Assembly: GCA_031409335.1 (NCBI GenBank)
Contig: JANNWY010000193.1
Span: 46,408 to 110,407, forward strand
Origin: Chthoniobacteraceae bacterium
Lineage (GTDB): Bacteria; Verrucomicrobiota; Verrucomicrobiia; Chthoniobacterales; Chthoniobacteraceae
Length of the DNA: 64,000 bases
Reading direction: 5' to 3'
Shown here: positions 48,409-58,329 of the stretch, one piece after another
Position numbering within the stretch: position 1 is the first letter of the stretch
Layout of the letters: each line of letters begins with the position of its first letter
Notes under the pieces: model-generated
Told to the model about the DNA's origin: nothing
Databases searched by the model: none
What the model saw: only the letters and a program-made list of their open reading frames with translations
Made by a program: the position numbers and the translations under genes

Positions 48409-50973
48409 ATGTTTCACGCACCCTCCGCCGATTCGTCGGCTGTCATTCAGTTTCCCACGACGAACGCCGTCACCACCACGCTGCCGAACGGGCTCGGGAT
48501 CATCGTGCAGGAGGATCGCAGCGCGCCGGTGGCGAGCGTGCAGTTTTGGGTGCAGACGGGCGGCATTCACGAAGGCGCGCATCTCGGCGCGGGCATCTCG
48601 CATTTGCTGGAGCACATGCTTTTCAAAGGCACGACGACGCGCGGGGCGAGCGAGTTTGCGCGGAGCGTGCAGGATGCGGGCGGCTATTTGAATGCCTATA
48701 CGTCGTTCGATCGCACGGTTTACTGGATCGACATCCCGTCAAAAGGCGCGGCGACGGCGATCGAGTTGCTGGCGGATGCGGTGCTGAATTCGACGCTGCC
48801 GCCGGACGAATACGCGAAGGAGCAGGAGGTCATCCGGCGCGAATTTGCGATGTGTTACGACGATCCCGATCGCGTGAGCGGTCACGCGCTTTTCGCCACG
48901 GCGTTCCGCGAGCATCCGTATCAGCATCCGGTGATCGGGCATCTCGATGTGTTCAACACGCTGCATCGGGACGAGGTGATGGCGTATTACAAACGGCGCT
49001 ACGTCCCGAACAACATGTTCGTCGTGGTGGTCGGCGATGTGGATGCGGAGAAGGTGCGCGCGCAACTTACGGAGTTGTTCGCGCCGCATCCGCGCGCCGC
49101 GCTGCCGTCGGTGTTCATTCCCGCCGAGCCGCAGCAACTCGGGCGGCGCGATTCGCACGCGGAATTCGAGACGGAACTCACGCGGCTGCATCTCGCCTGG
49201 CACGTCCCGCCGCTCACCCACCCCGACATCCCGGCGCTCGATGTGCTCTCGATCGTGCTCGGCGGCGGACGCAGCTCGCGCCTTTACAAAAAGCTGCGCG
49301 ACGAATCGGCGCTGGTGCATTCCATCGACGCGTGGTGCTACGCGCAGGGGCAGGCCGGACTGTTTGGCGTGGATGCGATCTTCGATCCGGGCCGGCGCGT
49401 GGAGGTCGAGGCCGAGGTGATGCGGATGCTGCATGAAATCCGCGATTTCGGGGTGACGCACGGTGAACTCGACAAGGCGCGCAAACTTTCACTCAGCCAC
49501 CAGCTCGGCGCGCTCACGACGATGCGCGGGCGCGCTTCCGATCTCGGGTCGAACTGGCTGCTCACGCGCAATCTCGACTTTTCCCGCGACTACCTTGCCG
49601 CGCTCCAGCACGTCACCGCGGACGATTTGCGCCGCGTGATCGCCACGCATCTCGTCGATCGCAATCTCAGCTCCGTCTCGCTCAACCCGATCGGAAGCCT
49701 CGCAAAAACGGCTGCCGCGACCGCGTCATCGGCCAGCGGTGAAATCCAAAAATTCGTCCTGCCAAACGGGTTGCGCCTCCTCGTGCGGGAAGACGCGCGG
49801 CTGCCGCTGGTTTCGATCGCCGCATCCTTCAAAGCCGGCTTGCTCGCGGAGACGGCGGAGAATAATGGCATCACCAAACTGCTCTCGCGCGTCCTGCTAA
49901 AAGGCACCGCGAAACGGACTGCGGAAGAACTCGCCGATGAAATCGAAGCGGCTGGTGGCAGCATCGGGACCGATGCGGGCAATAACAGCGTCAACGTCTT
50001 CGTCAAAGTGATGCAGCCCGATCTCGCGCTCGGCGTGGATGTGCTCGCCGACGTGCTGCTCAATGCATCGCTCCCCGAAAAAGCCATCGCCCGCGAAAAG
50101 GAGGCGCAGCTCGCCGGGATCAAGGCCGAGGAGGACGAAATGACCGTGGTCGCCCGGCACCTCTTACGCGCGCATCTTTTCGAAAATCATCCGTATTCCC
50201 TCCGCCCGCTCGGCACGCCTGAGTCCGTGGCGCGGCTCACGCGCGATGACCTCGCGGGCTTTCGCGACCGGCACTTCGTCGCAAAAAATGGCGTCATCGC
50301 CGTCTTCGGAAATGTCCGCGCCGATGAAGTCCGCCGCCTCATCGCGGAAGCGCTCGCGCCGATGCCGGTCGGCGAGGAGGCGCTCGTGCATCCGCCGCAA
50401 CCCGCCGCCCTTGCCGCTGCAAAAGAAGTCGAGACGATCAAAGACAAAGCGCAGGCCGTGCTGATGATCGGCTATCGCGCGACCGATATTTTCCACGAAG
50501 ATCGCGCCGCGCTCGAACTCATCGACGAAGCATGCAACGATCTCGGCTCCCGACTTTTCCTCCGCATCCGCGAACAAATGGGCCTCGCGTATTTCGTCGG
50601 CAGCAGCCAGGGGCCGGGCCTCGCGCCGGGGCCGTTCGTTTTCTACTGCGGCACCGATCCCGCGAAAGTCGATGCCGTGAAAGCCGCGCTCACCGAAGAA
50701 ATTCGCAAGCTCGCCGGGCACGGCCTCACCGCCGAAGAACTCGCCCGCGCGAAGGAAAAACTCATCGGCCAGGTGGACATCCGCAATCAGAGCAACGACG
50801 CCTTCGCCTTCTCCTGCGCGCTCGACGAACTCTACGGCCTCGGCTTCGCCAACTACCGAAAATGCCGCGCGCAAACCGAAGCCATCACGCTCGAAGAAGT
50901 CGCCAGGGTTTCCGCCAAGTACTTCGCCGCGCAGCCCGCGATCACCGCGATCGTGAGGCCGGCCGGCGAATAG
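48409..50973 (+). CDS. M16 (insulinase/pitrilysin) zinc peptidase with two M16 units
   Basis: HLLEH inverted zincin motif and NAYTSFDRT; second unit lacks the motif. Confidence 0.92.
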   Translation: MFHAPSADSSAVIQFPTTNAVTTTLPNGLGIIVQEDRSAPVASVQFWVQTGGIHEGAHLGAGISHLLEHMLFKGTTTRGASEFARSVQDAGGYLNAYTSFDRTVYWIDIPSKGAATAIELLADAVLNSTLPPDEYAKEQEVIRREFAMCYDDPDRVSGHALFATAFREHPYQHPVIGHLDVFNTLHRDEVMAYYKRRYVPNNMFVVVVGDVDAEKVRAQLTELFAPHPRAALPSVFIPAEPQQLGRRDSHAEFETELTRLHLAWHVPPLTHPDIPALDVLSIVLGGGRSSRLYKKLRDESALVHSIDAWCYAQGQAGLFGVDAIFDPGRRVEVEAEVMRMLHEIRDFGVTHGELDKARKLSLSHQLGALTTMRGRASDLGSNWLLTRNLDFSRDYLAALQHVTADDLRRVIATHLVDRNLSSVSLNPIGSLAKTAAATASSASGEIQKFVLPNGLRLLVREDARLPLVSIAASFKAGLLAETAENNGITKLLSRVLLKGTAKRTAEELADEIEAAGGSIGTDAGNNSVNVFVKVMQPDLALGVDVLADVLLNASLPEKAIAREKEAQLAGIKAEEDEMTVVARHLLRAHLFENHPYSLRPLGTPESVARLTRDDLAGFRDRHFVAKNGVIAVFGNVRADEVRRLIAEALAPMPVGEEALVHPPQPAALAAAKEVETIKDKAQAVLMIGYRATDIFHEDRAALELIDEACNDLGSRLFLRIREQMGLAYFVGSSQGPGLAPGPFVFYCGTDPAKVDAVKAALTEEIRKLAGHGLTAEELARAKEKLIGQVDIRNQSNDAFAFSCALDELYGLGFANYRKCRAQTEAITLEEVARVSAKYFAAQPAITAIVRPAGE

Positions 50974-50976
50974 CTT

Positions 50977-51990
50977 TCAGCGAAACCCGCAGCGTTCACC
51001 GAGCGCGAGGCATTCCGCGAGCGGCTTCAGGCCGCCGGTGCAGGTTTCGTCGCTCAGATTTGCCGCCGCCGCGCAGACGCCGATGCGGAGTGCTTCGTCG
51101 AGCGGGCGCTGCTCGTGCCAGCCGTAAAGCACGCCGGCGGTGAAGGCATCGCCCGCGCCCGCCGCGCCCTTGATGTAACCGGCTGGCAGGCGGACGCTGC
51201 CGTGTTCGCGCCAGGTTCCATCGCGCTCCAGTGCGCACGCGCCTTCCGGAAAATGAACGACAACGCGCTCACGCACACCGGCTTCCAAAAGCGCGCCCAT
51301 CGCTTCGCGGAGAGCGGTCCGGTCCAGCGCCTCGCCGTTGCGCACTTTCCGCCCCGTCACGCGGCCAGCCTCGAATTCATTCATGATGCAGGTGTCCACG
51401 TGCTTCAGCGCGGGTGTCACGATGCGGGCAAACCGGTCGCTGTCCTCGCTCACACAGTCGATCGAAGTCTTCAGCCCGGCGTCCGTCGCGCGGGCGAGGA
51501 CTTCGGCGGCCACGGTGCCGTGGGTGGCGCTCGGTTCGTCGAGTTTGTCGAGCAGCAGCAGGTAGCCGAGATGGAAGATTTTCGCGTTCGTTTTTCCAAA
51601 GTCGAAATGCGGCGAATCGAGCAGCGCATTCGATCCGCGCGCGTGGAAAAAGGTCCGCCGTCCGCTCGCCCGGACGGTCATCACATCGGTGTAACTCGTC
51701 GGCGCGTCTTTGGTAAATTGGAGCGCCGCGGTTGAAATATTGCGTTGCCGACATTCATTGACGATCCAGCGCCCGTTGTCGTCATCGCCGACGAGTCCGA
51801 CGGCTTCCAGCGCGAACGGGACGCCGAGGATGGCGAGATCGACGAGCACGTTGAATGGCGAGCCGCCGGTGCCTTTCGCGGTGGAGAAAATGTTGGCGAG
51901 GGCATCCTGCTGCGGCCAGGTGTCGATAATTTTGACGGCATCGACGATCCAGTTGCCGCCGGCGAGGAGGCCGTTTCGGGTGTTGCTCAT
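50977..51990 (-). CDS. PfkB-family carbohydrate kinase
   Basis: GGSPFN, GLVGDD, NEFEA and GAGDAFTAG. Confidence 0.9.
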   Translation of the reverse strand: MSNTRNGLLAGGNWIVDAVKIIDTWPQQDALANIFSTAKGTGGSPFNVLVDLAILGVPFALEAVGLVGDDDNGRWIVNECRQRNISTAALQFTKDAPTSYTDVMTVRASGRRTFFHARGSNALLDSPHFDFGKTNAKIFHLGYLLLLDKLDEPSATHGTVAAEVLARATDAGLKTSIDCVSEDSDRFARIVTPALKHVDTCIMNEFEAGRVTGRKVRNGEALDRTALREAMGALLEAGVRERVVVHFPEGACALERDGTWREHGSVRLPAGYIKGAAGAGDAFTAGVLYGWHEQRPLDEALRIGVCAAAANLSDETCTGGLKPLAECLALGERCGFR

Positions 51991-52079
51991 AGTGGGAAAT
52001 TGGCGGGGACTAAAGACGAACACCGCGCCAATGGCCAATACAGAAAGTGGCAAGGTTGCCGTCGGGAATCACTTCCGGC

Positions 52080-53687
52080 TCATGCCAGCGTCGCCTCCTG
52101 AAGCACCGCGAACCCGGCACCTTTTGCGGTGGCCGGAAAGTAGAGCGTGATTGCGGCACCCTCGCCGGGCTGGCGGCTGGCGTGAATGGCTCCCTCATGG
52201 TTCTGCATGATGCGATGCACCAGCGAGAGACTGGCGCCAGTGCCTGCACTGCCGGGCTCCGTGGTGAAGGGCGGCTCGAAGATGCGCGCCAGCGTCGCTG
52301 CGTCCGCGCCCTTGCCGGCGTCGCGGACGACGATGCGCGCGCACGTTCCGGCGGGGGCGCCGGGGGCATCCGTCACGGCATCGAGCGCGATGGTGATGCT
52401 GCCCGGCTGCCCTTGCAGCGACTGCCACGCGCTGGTCACGAGATTGAGGATGGCCTGCTCGACCTGGGCCTTGTCAGCCAGCACATTTGGCACGTCCGCA
52501 GTGCTGATCGCGACGACGTTCAAGTTGGGCGGGAGCGTGGCGCGAAGTAGTCGCGCGGTTTCCTCGATGATGGGCCGCAGCGCCAGCACGCCGCGTTCGG
52601 CCGGTCGATCATGGACGAGGTCGGCATTGCCGCGGATCGGTCCGAGGATGCTGCCAAACTCGCGGGCCATGCCGCCAGAGAGCGTCCCGGGAGTTTCGAG
52701 TTGCTGCATTTGGATGCGATCGGAGTCCAGCGCGACGAGTTCCTTTTCCGCACGATGACGCGCGGTCACATCCTGCACCATCGCCGTAAAGCCGCCCGGT
52801 TCACCACCGGGCAACACCAGTGGAGTGAAGGTCCAGTCGGTGAGCACGGTGCGCCCGTCGCCGGCGATGGATGCGACGCCCTCGCGTTGCAAAGTCGCGC
52901 AATTTGCGGCGGCGATGAACAGCTTCTCCGCCTCGGCGCGCTGCTCATCCGGGAAGAGCAATTCGTGCGGGGTGCGGCCCACCACGGTGTGGGCGGCGTG
53001 ACCGAAGATTCGAAATGCCTCGGGATTCCACTCGATGATGCGCATGTCGGGGCCGCACGTGAAACAGGCGATGGGCAGCCGCTCGCACCAGTGCGCGAAG
53101 CGATCGAGCAGCGTCTGATGCTCGAGCATTTTTGTCTGAAGCGTGATCTCCGTCATCACGGACGCGGCGAGATCGGAGAGCACGCCGATTTCGCCCGGCG
53201 TCCAAATCCGCGGCTGGCGGTCGATCACGCAAAAACTGCCGAGCACGTGGCCTTCGGCGGTCTGGAGCGGGATGCCGACGTAGGCGGCGATGCGCAGTTC
53301 CGCGATGGCGGGATTGTCGCGGACCAGGGCGTGCGTGCTCGTGTCGTTGATGATGAGGGGCCGGCCATCCTCGACGACGTGGCGGCAGAAGGAATTCAAG
53401 AGCGGCGTCTCGCGGCGCGTAGCCCAGGGCTCGGGCAGGCCAAGCTGGCTTTTGAAAACCTGGCGATCAGCGTCCACCAGCGAGACGTACGCGGCCGGCG
53501 TGCGGAGCAGCAGCGAGGCCAGGCGCGTGAGGCGATCGAAGGAGCGCACGGTGGGCGAGTCGAGCAGACCAGTGCGCTGGAGGGCGGCGAGGCGATCGGG
53601 GTCGTTGACGGGGGAATTTCCAGTCGAGATCGCGTCGGATACGCGGCGGCGCGCGGGGTCGCCGAAAGTGGGTCGTTTCATCAGCAC
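52080..53687 (-). CDS. GAF-PAS sensor with degenerate histidine kinase core (pseudokinase or decaying gene)
   Basis: Clear GAF and PAS domains; H box reads GGMAREF with no His, and the N/G1/F/G2 boxes are altered. Confidence 0.75.
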   Translation of the reverse strand: MLMKRPTFGDPARRRVSDAISTGNSPVNDPDRLAALQRTGLLDSPTVRSFDRLTRLASLLLRTPAAYVSLVDADRQVFKSQLGLPEPWATRRETPLLNSFCRHVVEDGRPLIINDTSTHALVRDNPAIAELRIAAYVGIPLQTAEGHVLGSFCVIDRQPRIWTPGEIGVLSDLAASVMTEITLQTKMLEHQTLLDRFAHWCERLPIACFTCGPDMRIIEWNPEAFRIFGHAAHTVVGRTPHELLFPDEQRAEAEKLFIAAANCATLQREGVASIAGDGRTVLTDWTFTPLVLPGGEPGGFTAMVQDVTARHRAEKELVALDSDRIQMQQLETPGTLSGGMAREFGSILGPIRGNADLVHDRPAERGVLALRPIIEETARLLRATLPPNLNVVAISTADVPNVLADKAQVEQAILNLVTSAWQSLQGQPGSITIALDAVTDAPGAPAGTCARIVVRDAGKGADAATLARIFEPPFTTEPGSAGTGASLSLVHRIMQNHEGAIHASRQPGEGAAITLYFPATAKGAGFAVLQEATLA

Positions 53688-53808
53688 AAATTTGGCGAGC
53701 CCGCGCCGGACGCGCTATTCCGGTAAGTGGGTATGGGCCGGTAACGTGTAACGGCTACGGTGAAACGGGGGTGATGAATTGTGGTGGAGGAACGACAGGT
53801 GCGGGCCG

Positions 53809-53916
53809 GTCTTTGAAAGTTGGAAGTTGAACGTTGAAAGTTGAGCGCCGGGGGCACCGCCGCTGCGCGGGGCTCAACGTCCAACGTCCAACGTTCAACT
53901 TCCAACTTTCAAAGAC
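53809..53916. repeat. inverted heptamer tandem repeat, family F
   Basis: GTCTTTGAAAGTTGGAAGTTGAACGTTG... and its reverse complement; the right arm has one extra heptamer. Confidence 0.85.
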
Positions 53917-53936
53917 TGCCGCCTTCCCGCTTCCCA

Positions 53937-54587
53937 CTATGGCTGCGCGAGATTGTTGCGGATCGCGTACCGCACGAGATCGCTCGCGGAGCGCAGCTGC
54001 AGCTTGCTCATCACGTTCTTGCGATGCGTCTCCACGGTGTTGAGCGTGATGCCGAGTGTGTCGGCGGCTTCCTTGTTCGATTTGCCTTCGGCGAGAAGCT
54101 GCACGAGTTCGCGCTCGCGCGGAGTGAGCCGGCTGCGCGGCGCGGCGGCGGGGACGGCGGAGGGATCGTTGAGCGTGCGCATGACCAGCTCGGAGACTTT
54201 CGGCGTGAAAAAAGTGCGGCCCGCCGCGAGGGCTTCGATGGCTTGCGGCAGCAATTCGGGCGCGTCGTTTTTCAGCAAATACCCGCGCGCTCCGGCGGCA
54301 AGCACCTCCTGCGCGAGCGCCTCGGAGTCGTGCATCGTCTGGATGAGGACTTGCGTGCGCGGCAGCGCGGCGAGGATTTTTCGCGTCGCATCCAGGCCGT
54401 TCAGCTCGGGCATCGTGAGATCGAGGATCACGATGTCCGGTCGCAATTCCTTCGCCAGCTCGACTGCGACGCGCCCATTTTCCGCCTCGCCGCAAACCTC
54501 CCACTCGCGCCGCGCCGCGATCGCCGCGCGCAGACCCTGCCGGATCATGCCGTGATCGTCCGCAATCAGGATGCGAATTGTTTTCAT
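53937..54587 (-). CDS. NarL/LuxR-family response regulator
   Basis: REC domain (IADDH, ILDLTMP, GYLLK) plus LuxR HTH (LTPRERE...TVETHRKN). Confidence 0.95.
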   Translation of the reverse strand: MKTIRILIADDHGMIRQGLRAAIAARREWEVCGEAENGRVAVELAKELRPDIVILDLTMPELNGLDATRKILAALPRTQVLIQTMHDSEALAQEVLAAGARGYLLKNDAPELLPQAIEALAAGRTFFTPKVSELVMRTLNDPSAVPAAAPRSRLTPRERELVQLLAEGKSNKEAADTLGITLNTVETHRKNVMSKLQLRSASDLVRYAIRNNLAQP

Positions 54588-54635
54588 GCGCTCGTTTTGA
54601 ACCCGCGCCGATTGAAAACGGAGATTCCGAAAGAA

Positions 54636-56672
54636 TCAATTCTCAATCGTTGGAATTCCCCCCACCGGCACTGCCGCCAGCACGGTGGTTCCCTCGGCAT
54701 CGGACTCGATGTTCAATTCTCCCCCGATCCGCGAAAGGCGCTCCCTCATCCCGCGCAGCCCGACGCCGTGCTGCGCGCCTGGCGGCAGGCCGCGTCCGCT
54801 GTCCTGCACTTCCAGCCGCACTTCCCCGGCGTCACGCTCGAGCCGGATCAGGACGGTGGCGCTGCCGGAGTGGCGGCGCACGTTCGTGAGGCTCTCCTGC
54901 GCGACGCGGAAAAGCGCCATCTCCTGCTCCCGCGGCAGATGCCCCGAGTAGCCCGCGGTGTCCACTTCCACGCGGATGCCGCTGCGTTTGGCGAAGCCCG
55001 CCGCGTAGTCCCCGAGCGCGCCGGCCAGTCCCAATTCATCGAGCAAAGGCGGATGCAGCAGGTAGCTGAGCGTGCGGATATCCTGCACGGATTGCGCGGT
55101 CAGCGAAAGCGATTCGGCGAGCAGTTGCGCATCCGCATCCGCGAGCGCGGCTTGGCGCAGCCGGGTCAGATTCATCTGGATGACGGCCAGATGCTGCGCG
55201 GTGGTGTCGTGCAATTCGCGGGCGATGCGGCGGCGCTCTTCATCTTCGGATTGGAGCAATTGCGCGTTCAACCGCTGCCGCTCGGTCTCGGCGCGTTTGC
55301 GCTCGGTGATGTCGCGCACGGTCGCCATCACGTGCGGGCCCTCGTGCAGCGCGATGACTTCGCCGGACACCAGACCGAGCCGCGTCTGTCCGTCCTTCAT
55401 GTGAAACTCTGCTTCCAGATCGGCCACCCTTCCGCGCTCTTGCAAGATCGCCAGGTATTGCTCGCGCACCGCGGGGCTGCACCAGAAATTCAGCTCCTCG
55501 GTCGTGCGTCCGATGATTTCCTCGCGCGCAAAACCGGTCAGCCGACACACGCCTTCATTGATCTCCACAATCCGCCCGCCGGGCAGGGAAGTGAGGATGA
55601 TGGCGTCGGGACTGTTGCGAAATGCGCGCTCAAATTTCTCATCAGAAAGTCGCAGCGCCTCGTCCGCCTCGATGCGGCGGGCGAGTTCCGCGCGCACTTC
55701 CGCGGTCCGGGCACGGACTCGCGAGGAGAGCGTGCGATTCCACGCGACCACTGACGCGAGGATCGCCAGCAGTCCCGCTCCGCTCCACAGCGCCAAATGT
55801 TTCAGCCGTTCGTTTGGCGGCGGTGGCTGGATTTTTACCCAGCGCTGGTAGATTCCCTGCCGCTCCGCCGGGGTGACGGTCGCGAGCGCTTTTTCCAAGA
55901 TCGCTCTCAGCTCCGGCCAGTCTTTGCGCACGGAAATCCCGAGCACGTAAGAGTAGCCCGCTTTGCCCGCGATTTTCAGATTCGCGATGCCTTCCGTTTC
56001 CATCGTGGCAGTGGCGACCGGCAATTCCGACACAAACGCATCTACCAATCCAAACGACACTTTGTGCAACCCCGTCGCGGTGTCGGGCACGGCATCCACG
56101 ATGACTTCGGGGAATTGCGTCCGCAAATATTCCTCCGCGGCCCAGCCCTGCACTACCGCGACGCGCGCCTTCGCAAAATGCGTCAGCGTCAAGCCATCAT
56201 CCGCGCCTCGGCGCGTGAGGATGTAAGTGGGAAAAACCAAATACGGTTGCGTGTAACTCCAGAATTGCGCGCGGTTCTGCGTCTCGGCCGAGGCGGTGAT
56301 CACATCGGCTCCGCGAACCTGCGGATCGAGCGACTGCCACGCTTCCTGCGAGAGCTGGATGAATTTGAACCGGTAACCCAGCCGCATTTCGATCAGGTGG
56401 AAATACTCCGAAGCGATTCCCCAAAACACTCCAGGCTCATCGAAGAACTCGACCGGCGGATAACTCGACGAGCCAGCGACACGGATCACCGGATGAGCCT
56501 CCAGCCAGCGTTTCTCCTCCGGCGTCAGCAAGTCCGGCCGCAACGACGTGTCGAACAACGGACGATCCGTGCCGAACGCGCACCCGGCGCAAATCAGCGA
56601 AACAATCGCGTGAAAAATCCAGCGCGGCTTGCGTGAAATCCAGCGCGCTCGATTTGGAAATGGGAAGCCCAC
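54636..56672 (-). CDS. sensor histidine kinase (periplasmic SBP domain, TM, PAS, HisKA_3, HATPase)
   Basis: ERRRIARELHD, ESLTNVRRHS, DSGRG and GVGLRGMRER; start position uncertain. Confidence 0.92.
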   Translation of the reverse strand: MGFPFPNRARWISRKPRWIFHAIVSLICAGCAFGTDRPLFDTSLRPDLLTPEEKRWLEAHPVIRVAGSSSYPPVEFFDEPGVFWGIASEYFHLIEMRLGYRFKFIQLSQEAWQSLDPQVRGADVITASAETQNRAQFWSYTQPYLVFPTYILTRRGADDGLTLTHFAKARVAVVQGWAAEEYLRTQFPEVIVDAVPDTATGLHKVSFGLVDAFVSELPVATATMETEGIANLKIAGKAGYSYVLGISVRKDWPELRAILEKALATVTPAERQGIYQRWVKIQPPPPNERLKHLALWSGAGLLAILASVVAWNRTLSSRVRARTAEVRAELARRIEADEALRLSDEKFERAFRNSPDAIILTSLPGGRIVEINEGVCRLTGFAREEIIGRTTEELNFWCSPAVREQYLAILQERGRVADLEAEFHMKDGQTRLGLVSGEVIALHEGPHVMATVRDITERKRAETERQRLNAQLLQSEDEERRRIARELHDTTAQHLAVIQMNLTRLRQAALADADAQLLAESLSLTAQSVQDIRTLSYLLHPPLLDELGLAGALGDYAAGFAKRSGIRVEVDTAGYSGHLPREQEMALFRVAQESLTNVRRHSGSATVLIRLERDAGEVRLEVQDSGRGLPPGAQHGVGLRGMRERLSRIGGELNIESDAEGTTVLAAVPVGGIPTIEN

Positions 56673-56875
56673 GCTGGCGGGAACGGCGGGCTCAACAGAC
56701 GGCGCGGAGTCGCGACCGTTGGGCTTTTGGGAAAATGAAATGGTTCATACCGCAGGACAGGGGAGTGAATGCCCGTTCCATCGCAAATGGCCAAGCCGGA
56801 ATTCCGCCTCGCGCTTTCCGCATTTCCCCGCCGTCTAAACGCGGACGTGAGCCGCCCTGCGATTGCGATGCGGAC

Positions 56876-58312
56876 TTACTTTTCCGCGCTTTCCGCAGGC
56901 TTCGGAGCCGCAGGTTCGGGCGCAGGTTTTGCCGGCGCTGGCGCAGCTTCCGGCGCTTTCGGAACGGGCGGTTTTTCTGGCGCGGGCTGGCCGGGCTCCG
57001 CTGGCGATGGTTTCGTGCCGGGTGGCAGCGGCGGCACGATTCCCGGCGGGAGTGGCGGAGCGCTGACGGGCGGCGTGGTGACGGTGATGGGCTCGCGCTT
57101 GGGCGGCAGCGGACTTGGCGCGGGCAAGCCGGGTGGCGGAGTCGCGGCTGCGTCCGGGGTGGGCGGCGGGGTCTCCGGTTTCTTTTCGGCGAGGAGCGCG
57201 GCGCGATCTTTCAGCAAGGAATCGAGCGTCGTTTTCGCAATGAGATACGGGCGCTGCTCGAACTTCTTTTCCGTCGCGAGCTTGTCTTCGAGACGCGCGA
57301 GGGTGGTGGCGAATTCCTTGTCGAGCTTCTCCTTGTCCTCGGGCTTCTCGTCTTTGCCAGGCTCACGGGTCTTCGCGAGTTCGGCGGATACGGCGACTGT
57401 CACCGGCACGTTTTCACCATTGGGTTTCCCGATTTTCAACACGTACGCAAATTTGTCGAACGTCGTGAAAGTCACGACCGTCGGCTTGTCGAGGCCGGTG
57501 TCCTCGGGCTTCGCATCAGGCGCGAGCACATCCGCGAAGGAAGCGCCCGAAAGCAGATTCGCGAACGAGGAAACCTTCGTCGCATCCAGCGGTTGTTCGT
57601 CCGGTTTCGCGTCGGAAAGTTTCCAATCGCCGGCCGCGGTTTCGCGCGCGAGCGTCCAATGCATCGGCTCGGTGGTCCCTTCGAGTTTGATCGTCTTTGG
57701 CAGTTCGATTTTGAAAAAGTCGCGCTTCAGCCACTTCTCCGGTTTCGCGTCCACATCATCGAGCGTTTCTGAAACCAGCGAGACTTTCGTGGAGCCGAGT
57801 GGCGCGACGTAGCGGCCCGCAGGAAAGCCCGACATTTCACCCGGCATCCCCATTGCCATCCCGTCGCTCTTCTTCAAATACTTTTTTCCGAGCAGCAGCG
57901 CCGAGAGCGTTTTCCCGTCCTTGTCCTTCAACTCCGCGAGGGTTCCAGCCGCTTCTTCCTTCCCCGGTTCGATGAGTTCGAGCTGCGGGAATTGCGACGG
58001 CCCGACCTTCACATCCTGCACGGTTTTCAGCTCCCAGAGTTTGCGGATCAAATCGCTGACCTGCTCATATGAAGCCGCGTAATCCGCGCGTTCCTGCACC
58101 GTCCAGTCATCGCCTTTTTTCACGAGATTCAACTCCGCGCCGGTGGCCTTCACGGTCACGCGGGCGACGTTGTTGATCTCGAAGTCGAGCACCTTCGTCC
58201 CCGCGCCATCGGTTTGCCGGCTCGCCGCGGCGTCGCCTTGTTGGAGTGAATACCACGCGCCGCCGATGAGCAGCGCGAGCAGGAGGATGAGGGCGAGATG
58301 TTTGCCTTTCAT
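56876..58312 (-). CDS. DUF4340-like protein with Pro-rich C-terminus
   Basis: N-terminal TM; last gene of the Gld-like ABC operon; LVKKGDDWTV...LLLGK pattern. Confidence 0.75.
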   Translation of the reverse strand: MKGKHLALILLLALLIGGAWYSLQQGDAAASRQTDGAGTKVLDFEINNVARVTVKATGAELNLVKKGDDWTVQERADYAASYEQVSDLIRKLWELKTVQDVKVGPSQFPQLELIEPGKEEAAGTLAELKDKDGKTLSALLLGKKYLKKSDGMAMGMPGEMSGFPAGRYVAPLGSTKVSLVSETLDDVDAKPEKWLKRDFFKIELPKTIKLEGTTEPMHWTLARETAAGDWKLSDAKPDEQPLDATKVSSFANLLSGASFADVLAPDAKPEDTGLDKPTVVTFTTFDKFAYVLKIGKPNGENVPVTVAVSAELAKTREPGKDEKPEDKEKLDKEFATTLARLEDKLATEKKFEQRPYLIAKTTLDSLLKDRAALLAEKKPETPPPTPDAAATPPPGLPAPSPLPPKREPITVTTPPVSAPPLPPGIVPPLPPGTKPSPAEPGQPAPEKPPVPKAPEAAPAPAKPAPEPAAPKPAESAEK

Positions 58313-58329
58313 GGTTTTTGGAAAAAAAA

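Noticed and set aside
53809..53916. CRISPR array
   Set aside because: Short tandem heptamers in inverted orientation, no unique spacers and no cas genes
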